Shown: positions 10,399 to 19,985, counted from the first letter of the stretch. The stretch is DNA of 64,000 bases from Tepidanaerobacteraceae bacterium (GCA_050949725.1 JBMNGH010000007.1:4622-68621), one strand, 5' to 3'. The notes: generated from the sequence alone by a model not told the origin. A program made the numbers and translations.

Positions 10399-10944
10399 AT
10401 GATAAAATCCTCGACTAAAAAATTCGTTTTATCAGCTTTTTTCCTAGCTCTCGGACTCGTATTGCCGTTTCTGACGATGCAAATACCGAGTCTTGGAAGC
10501 AGGTTACTGCCAATGCACATTCCTGTCTTGCTTTGTGGCTTTATCTGCGGATGGCCGTCCGGTTTGGTCGTCGGGCTTATTGTACCTGTCTTTAGGAGCA
10601 TGCTGTTTGGAATGCCTCCAATGTTTCCTACAGCTGTTGCGATGACCTTCGAATTAGCCATGTATGGTTGCATTTCGGGTGTTTTGTACGAACTCTTTCC
10701 TAAGAAGAATTCTTTTATAATAATATCATTAGGCTTGGCTATGATTTGTGGACGAATAGTCTGGGGAATTGTCAGCCTGTTTTTGTACGGTTTGAGTGGT
10801 AGCGAATTTACCTGGCAAGTTTTTGTGGTTGGTGCGTTCTTAAATGCTATTCCGGGAATAGTAATTCAGTTCATTATCATTCCTATCATTGTAATAGCCC
10901 TAGCAAAGACAAAGCTTGTGGGAAATGTTCCTGATGAATATTAG
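10399..10944 (+). CDS. ECF-transporter substrate-capture (S) component, specificity unknown
   Basis: 181 aa with about six hydrophobic helices. The N-terminal pattern is typical of ECF S components (KKFVLSAFFLALGLVLPFLT...LPMHIPVLLCGFICGWPSG). It has a strong RBS (AAGGAGG). No EcfA/EcfT genes are adjacent. Confidence 0.75.
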   Translation: MIKSSTKKFVLSAFFLALGLVLPFLTMQIPSLGSRLLPMHIPVLLCGFICGWPSGLVVGLIVPVFRSMLFGMPPMFPTAVAMTFELAMYGCISGVLYELFPKKNSFIIISLGLAMICGRIVWGIVSLFLYGLSGSEFTWQVFVVGAFLNAIPGIVIQFIIIPIIVIALAKTKLVGNVPDEY

Positions 10945-12007
10945 AAATGTGCTGTTAAGCCAATATAGACTTTATCCAATGATGCAAATACGTGATATTG
11001 TAAAGCTGATATACCAGAATGAATTTGCCGGTGAGCACCTTATTTTAAATGAAAAAGACAGTTTGCTAAAGTTACAAAAGGAATATAATCTCATAAAATG
11101 TAAGTCTGCTACCAATACGATATACAACAATGTCTTTGAGGAGATCGGCAATGGTCTATGTAGGTTAAATTTATTCACCCTAAAAGATTACGACATCGAT
11201 CTTACGACTGTTAACCGCTTCTTTTTAACTACTGCAAATTCGAACACTGGTAGTAAAAATAGTTTCGAAAATAAACTTGATGTGTTCAGTCATTGTTGCA
11301 GAAAAAAAGAGTTGCCTTATGATCCTCATGAGGTCGTAGCTTATCTGCTTGCTTACAGAAAGAAAGGTTATCCACCTGTTAGCCATAGCAATATTTACAA
11401 GATTGCATATTCCCCTGCATATCGAATTGTAAAAAAGGATTACAGCATTTTTTTTGAACTGTTTTGTAAAATTGACCTGCTCATGAAATCACACAAAAGA
11501 GTAATCGTTGCTATTGATGGCAACAGCGGTGCTGGAAAGACTACACTTGCTTCTTTAATAGGCAGTATATATGATTGTAACACTTTTCATATGGATGATT
11601 TTTTTCTAACCCCTGATTTGAAAACAGAAAAACGTCTTAAGGAAATCGGCGGAAATGTCGATTATGTCCGCTTTAAGCAGGAAGTAATCGATAAAATACA
11701 CAGCGGACATAAATTTGATTTTCGTGCATATGACTGCAAAAAAATGGCTTTTAAACAACCAGTATCGGTGATTCCAAAAAAACTGAATATTATCGAGGGT
11801 TGTTACAGCATGCACCCAACCTTAATAAATAATTACGATTTAAAAATCTTTTTGTGTATAGACAAAGAAAAACAAATTCAGTTAATATTAAAAAGAAACG
11901 GTGTGGATGTGCTAAACAAATATTTGGAGGAATGGATACCATTAGAAAATAAATACTTTGAAGAATACAAAATAAAAGAACGAAGTGATTTGGTTTTCAA
12001 TAGATGA
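10916..12007 (+). CDS. two-domain protein: unknown N-terminal domain plus C-terminal uridine-kinase-like P-loop kinase
   Basis: A Walker A motif (VIVAIDGNSGAGKTTLASLIG) is followed by HMDDFF and a PRK/uridine-kinase-like tail. I do not recognise the N-terminal 190 aa. Start candidates at 10916, 10925 and 10934 all overlap the 3' end of the S-component gene, which suggests translational coupling. Confidence 0.65.
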   Translation: MWEMFLMNIRNVLLSQYRLYPMMQIRDIVKLIYQNEFAGEHLILNEKDSLLKLQKEYNLIKCKSATNTIYNNVFEEIGNGLCRLNLFTLKDYDIDLTTVNRFFLTTANSNTGSKNSFENKLDVFSHCCRKKELPYDPHEVVAYLLAYRKKGYPPVSHSNIYKIAYSPAYRIVKKDYSIFFELFCKIDLLMKSHKRVIVAIDGNSGAGKTTLASLIGSIYDCNTFHMDDFFLTPDLKTEKRLKEIGGNVDYVRFKQEVIDKIHSGHKFDFRAYDCKKMAFKQPVSVIPKKLNIIEGCYSMHPTLINNYDLKIFLCIDKEKQIQLILKRNGVDVLNKYLEEWIPLENKYFEEYKIKERSDLVFNR

Positions 12008-12369
12008 CTTTGAATTATTTCTTCCCAAGCTTTTAACTTCATAGCCTGTAAACCCAATAATTTGCCGATGTTCAAAAAAAAAGATGCAACATTGAAGTAA
12101 CTTCTACACATTTCTACAATATGTAACAAATAAATTCATTCTAAATAACTTTTTAATTACAAGAAGGATTTTTGTATTATATGTAGAAATGATTATTATG
12201 TGAAATTAATTACATATAGTATCATTCGTCATTTTATGATTGTAATTAATGTAACTTAAAAATGGGCACGATAATACTAAGTATATACAAGTGAGTTTCA
12301 GTAAAAGAGGCTTTATTTTTTTGCAATAATTTTTACATAACAATATAAATATCAAGGAGGCATATTCAA

Positions 12370-13488
12370 ATGATAGTTGGGGTACCAAAAGAAATAAAGG
12401 CACAAGAAAATCGTGTTGCTATGACTCCTGCGGGAGCAGACACCATGATTAGGGCAGGACATAAAGTCCTGGTTGAAAAGGGAGCCGGACTTGGAGCAGG
12501 CTTTTCTGATGAAGAGTACAAGGCCGTCGGTGCTGAGATCATCAATGAGGCTTCCGATGTATGGGCAAAAAGCGAGATGATAATCAAGGTTAAAGAGCCA
12601 CTGGCATCTGAATATGGTTATTTTAGAAAAGGTCTTATCATTTTTACTTATCTGCACCTTGCGGCAGAACCTGACCTGACCAAAGCCCTTATAGATTCAG
12701 GTGCTGTTGCAATTGCTTATGAGACCGTGCAAAGAGCAGACAGGAGTTTACCGCTGCTCACTCCTATGAGTGAGGTTGCAGGGCGCATGGCTGTGCAGCA
12801 GGGTTCGATTTATCTCGAGAAGACACGTGGCGGCAAGGGTGTTTTGATTGACGGAGTGCCCGGTGTTCCCCCTGCTTCTGTGGTTGTAGTAGGTGCAGGC
12901 ATTGTGGGTACTGGTGCCATAAGGAGGGCCGTAGGTCTTGGTTCAAGAGTCACTATTTTGGATATCAATGTAGACAGGCTCCGTTATCTCGGAGAGGTAT
13001 TTATGGGCAGGGTTGAGACACTGTATTCAAACAACTTTAATATTACTCAAGCTGTAAAAAATGCTGATTTAGTCGTAGGAGCGGTCCTCATACCTGGTGC
13101 AAAAGCTCCAAAACTGGTAACCGAAGAGATGGTAAAGCAGATGGAACCAGGCAGTGTGATTGTCGATGTTGCCATAGACCAGGGCGGGTGTGTTGAGACG
13201 ATTGAACACCCGACAACACATGCTGAACCGATATTTGAAAAGTACGGTGTAATACACTACGCTGTTGCAAACATACCTGGGGCAGTTCCGCGCACATCTA
13301 CTTTGGCCCTAACTAATGTGACTGCACCTTATGCCCTCAAGATTGCGAATATGGGATGGAAGCAGGCCGTATTGGCAGATCCCGCACTTGCTAAAGGTGT
13401 AAATGTGCTTGATGGTAAGATAACTTACAAAGCTGTTGCTGATGCTTTTGAGCTTCCATATGTACCGCTGGATGAGCTTGTAAAATAA
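12370..13488 (+). CDS. ald: alanine dehydrogenase
   Basis: It matches Ald over its full length ([22 protein letters not shown], the Rossmann motif [13 protein letters not shown], and DVAIDQGG). The RBS is AAGGAGG. A TTGCAA-17-TATAAA promoter lies about 45 nt upstream. Confidence 0.95.
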   Translation: MIVGVPKEIKAQENRVAMTPAGADTMIRAGHKVLVEKGAGLGAGFSDEEYKAVGAEIINEASDVWAKSEMIIKVKEPLASEYGYFRKGLIIFTYLHLAAEPDLTKALIDSGAVAIAYETVQRADRSLPLLTPMSEVAGRMAVQQGSIYLEKTRGGKGVLIDGVPGVPPASVVVVGAGIVGTGAIRRAVGLGSRVTILDINVDRLRYLGEVFMGRVETLYSNNFNITQAVKNADLVVGAVLIPGAKAPKLVTEEMVKQMEPGSVIVDVAIDQGGCVETIEHPTTHAEPIFEKYGVIHYAVANIPGAVPRTSTLALTNVTAPYALKIANMGWKQAVLADPALAKGVNVLDGKITYKAVADAFELPYVPLDELVK

Positions 13489-13525
13489 CCAGGGTAATAC
13501 ACTAAAAGATACCAAGATATAAAAA

Positions 13526-13577
13526 AGAAGTAGGGCTGCCCTAAAGCGAACCAAATGACAGCTCTACTTCTTTTTTA
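13526..13577 (+). terminator. intrinsic terminator after ald
   Basis: AGAAGTAGGGCTG (13526-13538) pairs with CAGCTCTACTTCT (13559-13571) with one mismatch, followed by TTTTTT. Confidence 0.7.
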
Positions 13578-13875
13578 TTATGCCCAAAGCCATTTATGGT
13601 TCATTGATAACATATTGAAAATAAACAACTAACCAAATCTATAATGATTTAATATCACGGTGTCAATTTTTCTGCTACACCTTTGTACATCTTTTTTTCA
13701 GGATATTTATAAGAGTATAGTTTGCTCGTTTGTTTTCTCATATCCAAGCTGGCACACCTTTCATTACCCTCTGTTATCGTTATAAAATGATTTCCTGCCA
13801 ACGTCCGACCTTGCTTGGAAAACAGTGTTTCCATAAGAAAGAAATATTCAAATCCTTAAATCTTCCATGTCAACT

Positions 13876-15603
13876 TTACTTGTTTTTTGATGGAAGAAAA
13901 AATGAAAAGGTTGTGCAGCCTTCAGGGTAATTTGTTGCCCATACCTTACCCCTATGAGCATCGATTAAATTTTTAACTATTGCAAGACCCAGCCCTGTGC
14001 CTTCTGTGTGTCTAGCGCGAGACTTGTCTATTTTATAAAAACGTTCCCATATAAAAGGCAACTCATCCTCAGGAATTCCAACACCAGTGTTTGTCATTGA
14101 TACAATGATTCCCTCTTCAACCGTTTTAGCATGGATTTTAATTTCGCCACCTGGATCAGCATATCTCATGGCATTGTCCAAAAGGTTTATAAAAACTTGA
14201 ACTATGCGATCCTCATCAGCTTCAATAATCGGCAATTGGTCACAATCAACTACAATGCTTAAATCTTTTTCTTCCAATACAGGATCTAGCTTTTTGACAA
14301 CTCGCACAATTAGTTTATCTAGGCGTATTTTGTCCTTTTTTAGTACAAAATGCCCTCCTTCAATTTGGGAAAGGTCCAAGAGATCATTTACCAACCGACG
14401 AAGTCGCAATGTCTCATCAAGTATTATACTCAAGTACCTCTTTTGTTCTTCCGGGTTATCTACTATTTGGTCGAGAAGAGCCTCAGTGTATCCCTGAAGA
14501 TATGACAGAGGCGTCCGCAATTCGTGCGATACATCTCCTATGAATTCTCTTCTTAAGTGTTCCAGCTTCCTTTCCTTCGTCACGTCCTGCAATACAACTA
14601 GTACCCCTAGAATTGTGGACTTCTCATCCATTAAAGGAGCAAACCTAGCACTGATAATTTTTCCATCAATTTTTATTTCCTCAGCCAAATGCATTTTTTC
14701 CTGCTTAACTCTATTAAGAAATGGCATAAATATCTTATACCGTTCAGGGTTTTTACTGTTATATCCCTCACTACCCAAAATCGCTTTAGCTTGGGGATTG
14801 ACAATCAGTACTGTATTATCAGAGCCAAAAGTTATAACCCCATCAGTCATGCTCAAAAGCACATTGTGGAGCTGATTCTTCTCTTGATAAAGAGCATTAA
14901 TATTATCCTTTAATGCTTCTGAAAGGTAGTTTATTGATCTGGCCAAGGTCCCTATTTCGTCATCTGAAACAACTTCAATCCTATCGTCAAAAACACCACC
15001 GGCCATGTTTTCCGCCACTTTTTTAATGCGAACAAGAGGCTTTGAAATCATCTTTGACAAAATAAAACTCAGGGCAGTTGAGACTAGAATGGCCCCGGCA
15101 GCAGCTATAAGTATCAAGTGCCTTATATGTGTAATTGATTTCTGTATTGATGTAATTGGAGAATAAAGAATCACTGCCCCCATTACTCCGTCTTCCGTTT
15201 TAATGGGCAGTGCTACCATCAGCATTGATGTACCAAAATGTGGCACATATGATTTGTGCACAACCATGTTTCCATCCAAAATTTGTGCAAATTGTTTGCT
15301 GGTGAGAATAGAATCTCTCATATTAAGCAGGCTGGAACTGGCCATTATTAAACCCTGACGGTCAACTACCACAGCATGTGCGTTAATAAATTTGCTGATA
15401 TCTATTAACTCAGTGGGTTCGATTCCGCGCAAAATAAGGCTTATCAGTTGTTGACCTTCATTTATCATTTCATTCTTCTTTATACTAAAATAAAAGTTTT
15501 CAAAAAACCGTGACATCGTAAGGCCTGATACAAGAATTGCTACTATAGCTAAAAGTGTCATGAACAGCCAAAGTTTGCCAATAATACTCTTTTGAAAAAT
15601 CAC
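13876..15603 (-). CDS. sensor histidine kinase (two TM segments, HAMP, PAS, HisKA, HATPase_c)
   Basis: It has the H-box FIGDVSHELRTPL, an N-box (NLLDNAMRY), G-boxes (GTGLGLAIVK) and two N-terminal TM spans. Its 3' neighbour is an OmpR-type regulator, with a 4-nt overlap between the two genes. Confidence 0.9.
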   Translation of the reverse strand: MIFQKSIIGKLWLFMTLLAIVAILVSGLTMSRFFENFYFSIKKNEMINEGQQLISLILRGIEPTELIDISKFINAHAVVVDRQGLIMASSSLLNMRDSILTSKQFAQILDGNMVVHKSYVPHFGTSMLMVALPIKTEDGVMGAVILYSPITSIQKSITHIRHLILIAAAGAILVSTALSFILSKMISKPLVRIKKVAENMAGGVFDDRIEVVSDDEIGTLARSINYLSEALKDNINALYQEKNQLHNVLLSMTDGVITFGSDNTVLIVNPQAKAILGSEGYNSKNPERYKIFMPFLNRVKQEKMHLAEEIKIDGKIISARFAPLMDEKSTILGVLVVLQDVTKERKLEHLRREFIGDVSHELRTPLSYLQGYTEALLDQIVDNPEEQKRYLSIILDETLRLRRLVNDLLDLSQIEGGHFVLKKDKIRLDKLIVRVVKKLDPVLEEKDLSIVVDCDQLPIIEADEDRIVQVFINLLDNAMRYADPGGEIKIHAKTVEEGIIVSMTNTGVGIPEDELPFIWERFYKIDKSRARHTEGTGLGLAIVKNLIDAHRGKVWATNYPEGCTTFSFFLPSKNK

Positions 15604-16286
15604 CCTACCACCCCGAACTTATAACCTATCCCCCATACTGTGCTTATAAAAGAAGCAGCCTTACTTCTCCCAAGTTTTTCTCTTAGCTGCTTAATATGAG
15701 TATCAACAGTACGAAGACTCCCAAAGAAGTCGTAACCCCATACTTCCTCAAGAAGAGTCTCACGATTGAATACCCTACCCTCGTTTCTTGCCAAGTAATA
15801 TAAAAGATCGAATTCCTTTGGTGTTAAATATACTTCTCTTTCATCAACCTTTACAGTTCTCGAAACGGGATCAATAATCAAACCTGGAAACTCAAGAGTC
15901 TCCTTTTCCTCCTTTTTTAGGACAGAGCGTCTTAACAAGGCTTTGGCTCGAGCGGTAAGTTCCCTAGGGCTAAAAGGTTTTACAACATAGTCATCTGCTC
16001 CAAGTTCAAATCCTAAAACTTTATCAAATTCTTCTCCTCGTGCAGTCAGCATAATAATCGGCACATCACTGTTTTTTCGAATTTCCTTACACACGGTCCA
16101 CCCGTCTACAACCGGCAGCATCAAATCTAAAATGATAAGGTCATATCCATTTTCTTTTGCCATATCGAGGGCACGTTGTCCATCATACGCTCCATCAACT
16201 TTAAATCCCTCTTTTTCAAGATATAATTTCACAAGTTCTACCATACGCTTTTCGTCATCAACGACAAGCACCCTTAATAAAGGCAT
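15600..16286 (-). CDS. OmpR-family response regulator
   Basis: The receiver domain reads RVLVVDDE...LIILDLMLP...K. A winged-helix output domain follows (LTPKEFDLLYYL...GIGYKF). The real start is the ATG at 16286 (MPLLRVLVVDD), after GGAGG. The longer track ORF runs into the repeat element. Confidence 0.9.
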   Translation of the reverse strand: MPLLRVLVVDDEKRMVELVKLYLEKEGFKVDGAYDGQRALDMAKENGYDLIILDLMLPVVDGWTVCKEIRKNSDVPIIMLTARGEEFDKVLGFELGADDYVVKPFSPRELTARAKALLRRSVLKKEEKETLEFPGLIIDPVSRTVKVDEREVYLTPKEFDLLYYLARNEGRVFNRETLLEEVWGYDFFGSLRTVDTHIKQLREKLGRSKAASFISTVWGIGYKFGVVG

Positions 16287-16310
16287 GTCCAAGCTCCTCC
16301 TATTTGTAAT

Positions 16311-16374
16311 AAGAACCCCACCCGACGACGCAATCGATGATTGCTGTCGGGTCCCGGGAACCTTGCGCTTCGCT
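16311..16374 (+). repeat. dispersed hairpin repeat, copy 1 (first unit of a head-to-tail dimer, includes the linker TTGCGCTTCGCT)
   Basis: The sequence is AAGAACCCCACCCGACGACGCAATCGATGATTGCTGTCGGGTCCCGGGAACCTTGCGCTTCGCT. The outer helix is CCCGAC/GTCGGG and the inner helix is GCAATC/GATTGC. Confidence 0.9.
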
Positions 16375-16375
16375 A

Positions 16376-16435
16376 AAGAACCCCATCCAACACGCAATCG
16401 ATGATTGCTGCCGGGGCACGGGACCTTATTGTTTC
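16376..16435 (+). repeat. dispersed hairpin repeat, copy 2 (degenerate second unit of the dimer)
   Basis: The sequence is AAGAACCCCATCCAACACGCAATCGATGATTGCTGCCGGGGCACGGGACCTTATTGTTTC. The outer helix no longer pairs (CCAAC versus GCCGG) and the CCCGGG box is mutated. Confidence 0.85.
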
Positions 16436-16522
16436 AAATAAGGTCAAGTTGCCTTGACCCCAATAATCACTTAACTCATCCTATAGTAATTATAGGTTTT
16501 CGTATATTTTTAGTCAACAAGC

Positions 16523-17302
16523 TTATTTTGGCCTCATCTCTCCGGTAGACTTGTCAATATAATATTCACCCTTTATGAGAAGCTGAGAGATTGGTACAAT
16601 CTTGTAACCTTGGCGATCCAACTCATTTAAAATGATTTCTAAGGCTTCTGCAGTATTTTTTCCGTTGTTGTGGAATAACACAATTGAACCCGGTTTTATG
16701 CGTTTTATTACCCTGTCGTAGATTGCACTTGCGCTCAGATCTTTCCAATCCAATGAATCTACGTCCCACTGTATTACCTTATAATTTAGTTCAGAACAAG
16801 TTGTTATGAGCAAATTCCCATAATCGCCGAATGGCGGCCTGAATAGATTTGCTTCCTGCCCTGTTAGTTCCTTAATTTTTTTATGGGTCGTCTGTAACTC
16901 TTCAATCATTGATTCTTTGGACAAAGAGCTCATCCTTGGATGTGTTGCGGAGTGATTGCCTATCTCATGGCCTTCAGCGGCAATCCTACGTGTCATATCA
17001 GGATACTCTTCCATCCAGAATTTAACCAGAAAGAATGTTGTCTTTACTCCGTGTCTGCGTAAAATGTCGAGCAACCTTGGGGTAACGTCACTTCCCCATG
17101 CCGCATCAAATGATATAGCAGCTATTTTTTCCTCTGTCTGGACTCTGTATATTGGCACAAGTCTGTCTAACCCTCCAAAAACCAAAAGCGATTTTGTAGG
17201 CAAGTAACTTAAGCATGAAAAAACAATTATTATGACAGTAACAAGACATATTAATCCTGTAATATAATTACGTCGGATATTTTTCATCTTAATTGTAATC
17301 AC
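16523..17302 (-). CDS. polysaccharide deacetylase family protein (sporulation PdaA/PdaB-like)
   Basis: It has an N-terminal TM anchor followed by NodB-domain motifs (ISFDAAWG, HEIGNHSATHP, LFRPPFG, IVLFHN). Confidence 0.85.
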   Translation of the reverse strand: MITIKMKNIRRNYITGLICLVTVIIIVFSCLSYLPTKSLLVFGGLDRLVPIYRVQTEEKIAAISFDAAWGSDVTPRLLDILRRHGVKTTFFLVKFWMEEYPDMTRRIAAEGHEIGNHSATHPRMSSLSKESMIEELQTTHKKIKELTGQEANLFRPPFGDYGNLLITTCSELNYKVIQWDVDSLDWKDLSASAIYDRVIKRIKPGSIVLFHNNGKNTAEALEIILNELDRQGYKIVPISQLLIKGEYYIDKSTGEMRPK

Positions 17303-17415
17303 CCCCTAACTTAGTCATATTATTTTTATTCTCAGAGACAACAACTTATGATATGTCGAATATCCTGCATTCATGACGAATATTATTTAATAAAAACTAA
17401 AGGGGGGGGTTTTGA

Positions 17416-17715
17416 GTGTTGACTAAGGGTCAAAAGAAAGGTGTTATATTCGGTATAATATGGGGATTTTTTAGCTGGGTGCCCTATTACACAGAGTACT
17501 TAGGTAATATTAGAAATCTAATTGGCATTCCTGCGACACTGGGATTAAATTTAGAACTGGTCTTAAATAAGGGAAATGCATTTGTTTTCAGTATAATTAT
17601 GGGTGCGGGCATATGTTTTTTCATCGTAAGCCTTTTTGAGTTTTTAAGGACAGGAGTCAAAGTTATTGGTCTTTTCCCATATAAAAAGAGAAGGATGTTA
17701 AAGAGGGGGTTGTAA
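17416..17715 (+). CDS. small membrane protein, unknown function
   Basis: 99 aa with three hydrophobic spans. A GTG start lies 6 nt after a G8 tract (17402-17409) that could serve as the RBS. Its stop is 2 nt before the next gene. Confidence 0.45.
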   Translation: MLTKGQKKGVIFGIIWGFFSWVPYYTEYLGNIRNLIGIPATLGLNLELVLNKGNAFVFSIIMGAGICFFIVSLFEFLRTGVKVIGLFPYKKRRMLKRGL

Positions 17716-17717
17716 AC

Positions 17718-17993
17718 TTGATCCTCTGCAAAACTTTTTTTGCGACATTTGTACTTGTGTTCCTTGCAGAATTAGGCGATAAAACTCAATTATCAACTAT
17801 CCTAATGGCTGCACATAATGAATCTTTTTTGAGTGTTTTTTTGGGTGCCTCGCTTGCTCTGATACTAAATGCATTTATTGGTGTATATCTAGGAGGTATT
17901 ATCTCAAAATCTGTACCGATGGATTATATCCACTTGGGAGCGGGGATATCTTTTATTATTATTGGAATATTGCTCGTAACACAAAGGCTTTAA
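17718..17993 (+). CDS. UPF0016 (GDT1/TMEM165-like) half-size cation transporter subunit
   Basis: The signature AELGDKTQLSTI (E-x-G-D-K-T) lies in the first of three TM spans. At 91 aa it is one repeat of the normally two-repeat fold. Confidence 0.75.
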   Translation: MILCKTFFATFVLVFLAELGDKTQLSTILMAAHNESFLSVFLGASLALILNAFIGVYLGGIISKSVPMDYIHLGAGISFIIIGILLVTQRL

Positions 17994-18159
17994 TTTATTA
18001 TCACCTTATAATCCTTTATTTCAATAATTAAAATTGAATTAAAATTTCAACCTTTTGATGATAACATAAAAAATTGTTTTTGAAATGCCTAGCTTTTTTT
18101 TTATGCTTTCTGTTATAATAACAGATGGTGGTATAATAACTTTCTGAGGAGAGGTTACT

Positions 18160-19797
18160 TTGTCATTGGATACAGTATTCACTTTAATCGGTGGGCTAGG
18201 CCTTTTTATCTATGGAATGAGGCTCATGGGAGAGGGACTTGAAAAAGCTGCCGGCGACAAGCTCAAAAATCTGTTGGAACTCCTTACCAGAAATAGGTTC
18301 CTCGGTGTAACTGTCGGTATGCTTGTAACTGCAATCATACAAAGCAGCAGTGCTACAACCGTAATGGTAGTCGGCCTTGTAAATGCCGGCCTCATGAACC
18401 TCAATCAGGCCATCGGCATAATAATGGGAGCAAATATCGGTACTACCATGACCGCGCAGCTCATAGCATTTAAACTCACAGATTTAGCTCTCCCAGCAAT
18501 AGGTATTGGAACAGCCGTCTTTATGTTCAGCAAACAAAAAACCCAAAAATTTATAGGGGAAATAATACTCGGATTCGGGCTATTGTTTTTCGGGATGCAG
18601 ACAATGGAAATTGCTTTAAAGCCCCTTGCGAAAATGCCCGAATTTGTAAATTTCCTTGCTAGCTTTTCAAAGACACCTGTATTAGGCGTATTGGCGGGAT
18701 TTTTAACGACAGGCATTATTCAGAGCAGTAGTGCAACAATAGGAATTTTGCAGGCGCTGGCAGGACAAGGGATAGTGGATATTTCAATAGCACTGCCCAT
18801 ATTATTCGGCGATAATATTGGAACATGTGTCACAGCACTTCTCTCAAGTATAGGCACAAACATAACAGCAAGAAGAGCTGCTCTGCTTCATCTGATAATT
18901 AAAGTCATTGGTACTGTTATTTTTCTGTTTTTAATTCCTGTTTTAAAAACAGTAGTTTTAACAACCTCTCCTGACCCAATAAGACAAATAGCCAATGCTC
19001 ATACCATTTTTAACGTCACTAACACTATAATCCTGCTCCCCTTCTCTTTTGTGTTAATAAAACTGGTCACTCGTCTGATGCCAGGCGAACCAGTAATTGT
19101 TGAGAGAGGCTTAAAATTTATTGATGACAGACTGCTCAAAACCCCTTCAGTGGCTTTCTTACAGGTCAATAAAGAGATAGCCAGAATGGGGCGACTTTCA
19201 TTGGAAACCGTGAGAGATACAGTAAACATATTTCTGAACTACAATGAGCAAAAAGACAAGCTGGCCCGCGAAAAAGAGACTGTAATAAATGAACTCGCCC
19301 GTGACATAACCAGATTTCTCGCACTCCTTTCTAGGACACGTTTATCTTCGAATGAAGCAAGTTTTCTTACAAAAATGATAAATGCTGTCAATGATATGGA
19401 AAGGGTTGGAGACCATGCCATGAATATCTTGGAACTGGCAGAAGACAAACATGAGAAAAAACTTCCCTTTAGCAAGGAAGCTCTATCAGAATTAGTTCAG
19501 ATATCCTCAAAGGTTCAGGAAAACTTTTCCTTGTCTGTTGAAGCCTTTTCTGAGAACGATAGAGACAAATCAACAGCAATAATCATAAATGAAGAAGAAA
19601 TTGACAATATGGAAAAAAACCTCCGTGCAAATCATATAAAAAGACTAAATGAAGGTACATGTTATCCTAGTTCCGGTTTGTTGTTCCTCGACGTGTTGAA
19701 TAATCTAGAGCGTATAGGTGACCATGCTTTTAATTTGGCTTCATATATTCTCGATATTGATAAAAATTATAAGGATTTGACATTTATAAAAAAATAG
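18160..19797 (+). CDS. Na/Pi cotransporter family protein with C-terminal PhoU-like repeats
   Basis: The duplicated QSSSATT/QSSSATI motifs of the NaPi-II family are present. The C-terminus carries two PhoU-like repeats (MERVGDHAMNI, LERIGDHAFNL). Confidence 0.9.
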   Translation: MSLDTVFTLIGGLGLFIYGMRLMGEGLEKAAGDKLKNLLELLTRNRFLGVTVGMLVTAIIQSSSATTVMVVGLVNAGLMNLNQAIGIIMGANIGTTMTAQLIAFKLTDLALPAIGIGTAVFMFSKQKTQKFIGEIILGFGLLFFGMQTMEIALKPLAKMPEFVNFLASFSKTPVLGVLAGFLTTGIIQSSSATIGILQALAGQGIVDISIALPILFGDNIGTCVTALLSSIGTNITARRAALLHLIIKVIGTVIFLFLIPVLKTVVLTTSPDPIRQIANAHTIFNVTNTIILLPFSFVLIKLVTRLMPGEPVIVERGLKFIDDRLLKTPSVAFLQVNKEIARMGRLSLETVRDTVNIFLNYNEQKDKLAREKETVINELARDITRFLALLSRTRLSSNEASFLTKMINAVNDMERVGDHAMNILELAEDKHEKKLPFSKEALSELVQISSKVQENFSLSVEAFSENDRDKSTAIIINEEEIDNMEKNLRANHIKRLNEGTCYPSSGLLFLDVLNNLERIGDHAFNLASYILDIDKNYKDLTFIKK

Positions 19798-19875
19798 CTA
19801 AACTTGTTATCTGTGTAACCTGAAACATAATATTCTAACATAATATGCCCCTTTTTCGGTTAATTTATAAAAAAT

Positions 19876-19938
19876 AAGAACCCCACCCAACACGCAATCA
19901 AAGATTGCTGTTGAGTCCCGGGAACCTTGTTGTTTCAC
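19876..19938 (+). repeat. dispersed hairpin repeat, copy 3
   Basis: The sequence is AAGAACCCCACCCAACACGCAATCAAAGATTGCTGTTGAGTCCCGGGAACCTTGTTGTTTCAC. It is 1 nt shorter in the internal loop and has one outer-helix mismatch. It lies about 48 nt upstream of the SASP start. Confidence 0.9.
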
Positions 19939-19985
19939 AATAAGATTGCCAGTAAAAATTAAAAATACGGAAAGGGGGATTACAT

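Noticed and set aside
12205-12250. A 10-bp inverted repeat ATTAATTACA / TGTAATTAAT upstream of ald, considered as an operator.
   Set aside because: It is composed almost entirely of A/T in an AT-rich spacer, so chance occurrence is plausible. It lies more than 70 nt upstream of the predicted promoter, and there is no second copy to compare.
12263-12279. TGGGCACGATAATACTA upstream of ald, considered as a sigma-54 (-24/-12) promoter because a sigma-54 activator sits at the window start.
   Set aside because: No GC lies at the -12 position in either possible GG register, and the TGGCAC box has an extra G. A good sigma-A promoter (TTGCAA-17-TATAAA) lies closer to ald. I found no convincing TGGCAC-N5-TTGC site anywhere in the window.
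13655-13834. A 59-aa minus-strand ORF (METLFSKQGRTLAGNHFITITEGNERCASLD...) in the 390-nt gap between ald and the histidine kinase gene.
   Set aside because: It has no Shine-Dalgarno before the ATG, no recognisable motif, and lies just downstream of the kinase stop. It could be a remnant, but I cannot support it as a gene.
16132-16404. Track ORFs running through the repeat elements: 16132-16404 (+), the N-terminal extension of 15600-16397 (-), 19807-19992 (-) and 56372-56635 (-).
   Set aside because: The repeat copies differ by single-nucleotide indels, which would break any common reading frame. The real neighbouring genes have better internal starts with GGAGG sites, and the repeats fold as hairpins.
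16311-16435. Tandem repeat pairs at 16311-16435 and 56349-56477, considered as mini CRISPR arrays.
   Set aside because: There are only two units per locus. The units are joined by a fixed 12-nt linker rather than by unique 30-40-nt spacers. No cas genes are present, and identical units also occur singly.
17303-17415. A yybP-ykoY manganese riboswitch upstream of the UPF0016 gene pair.
   Set aside because: The 113-nt gap is too short and lacks the conserved GGAGAGUAG-type four-way junction sequences.
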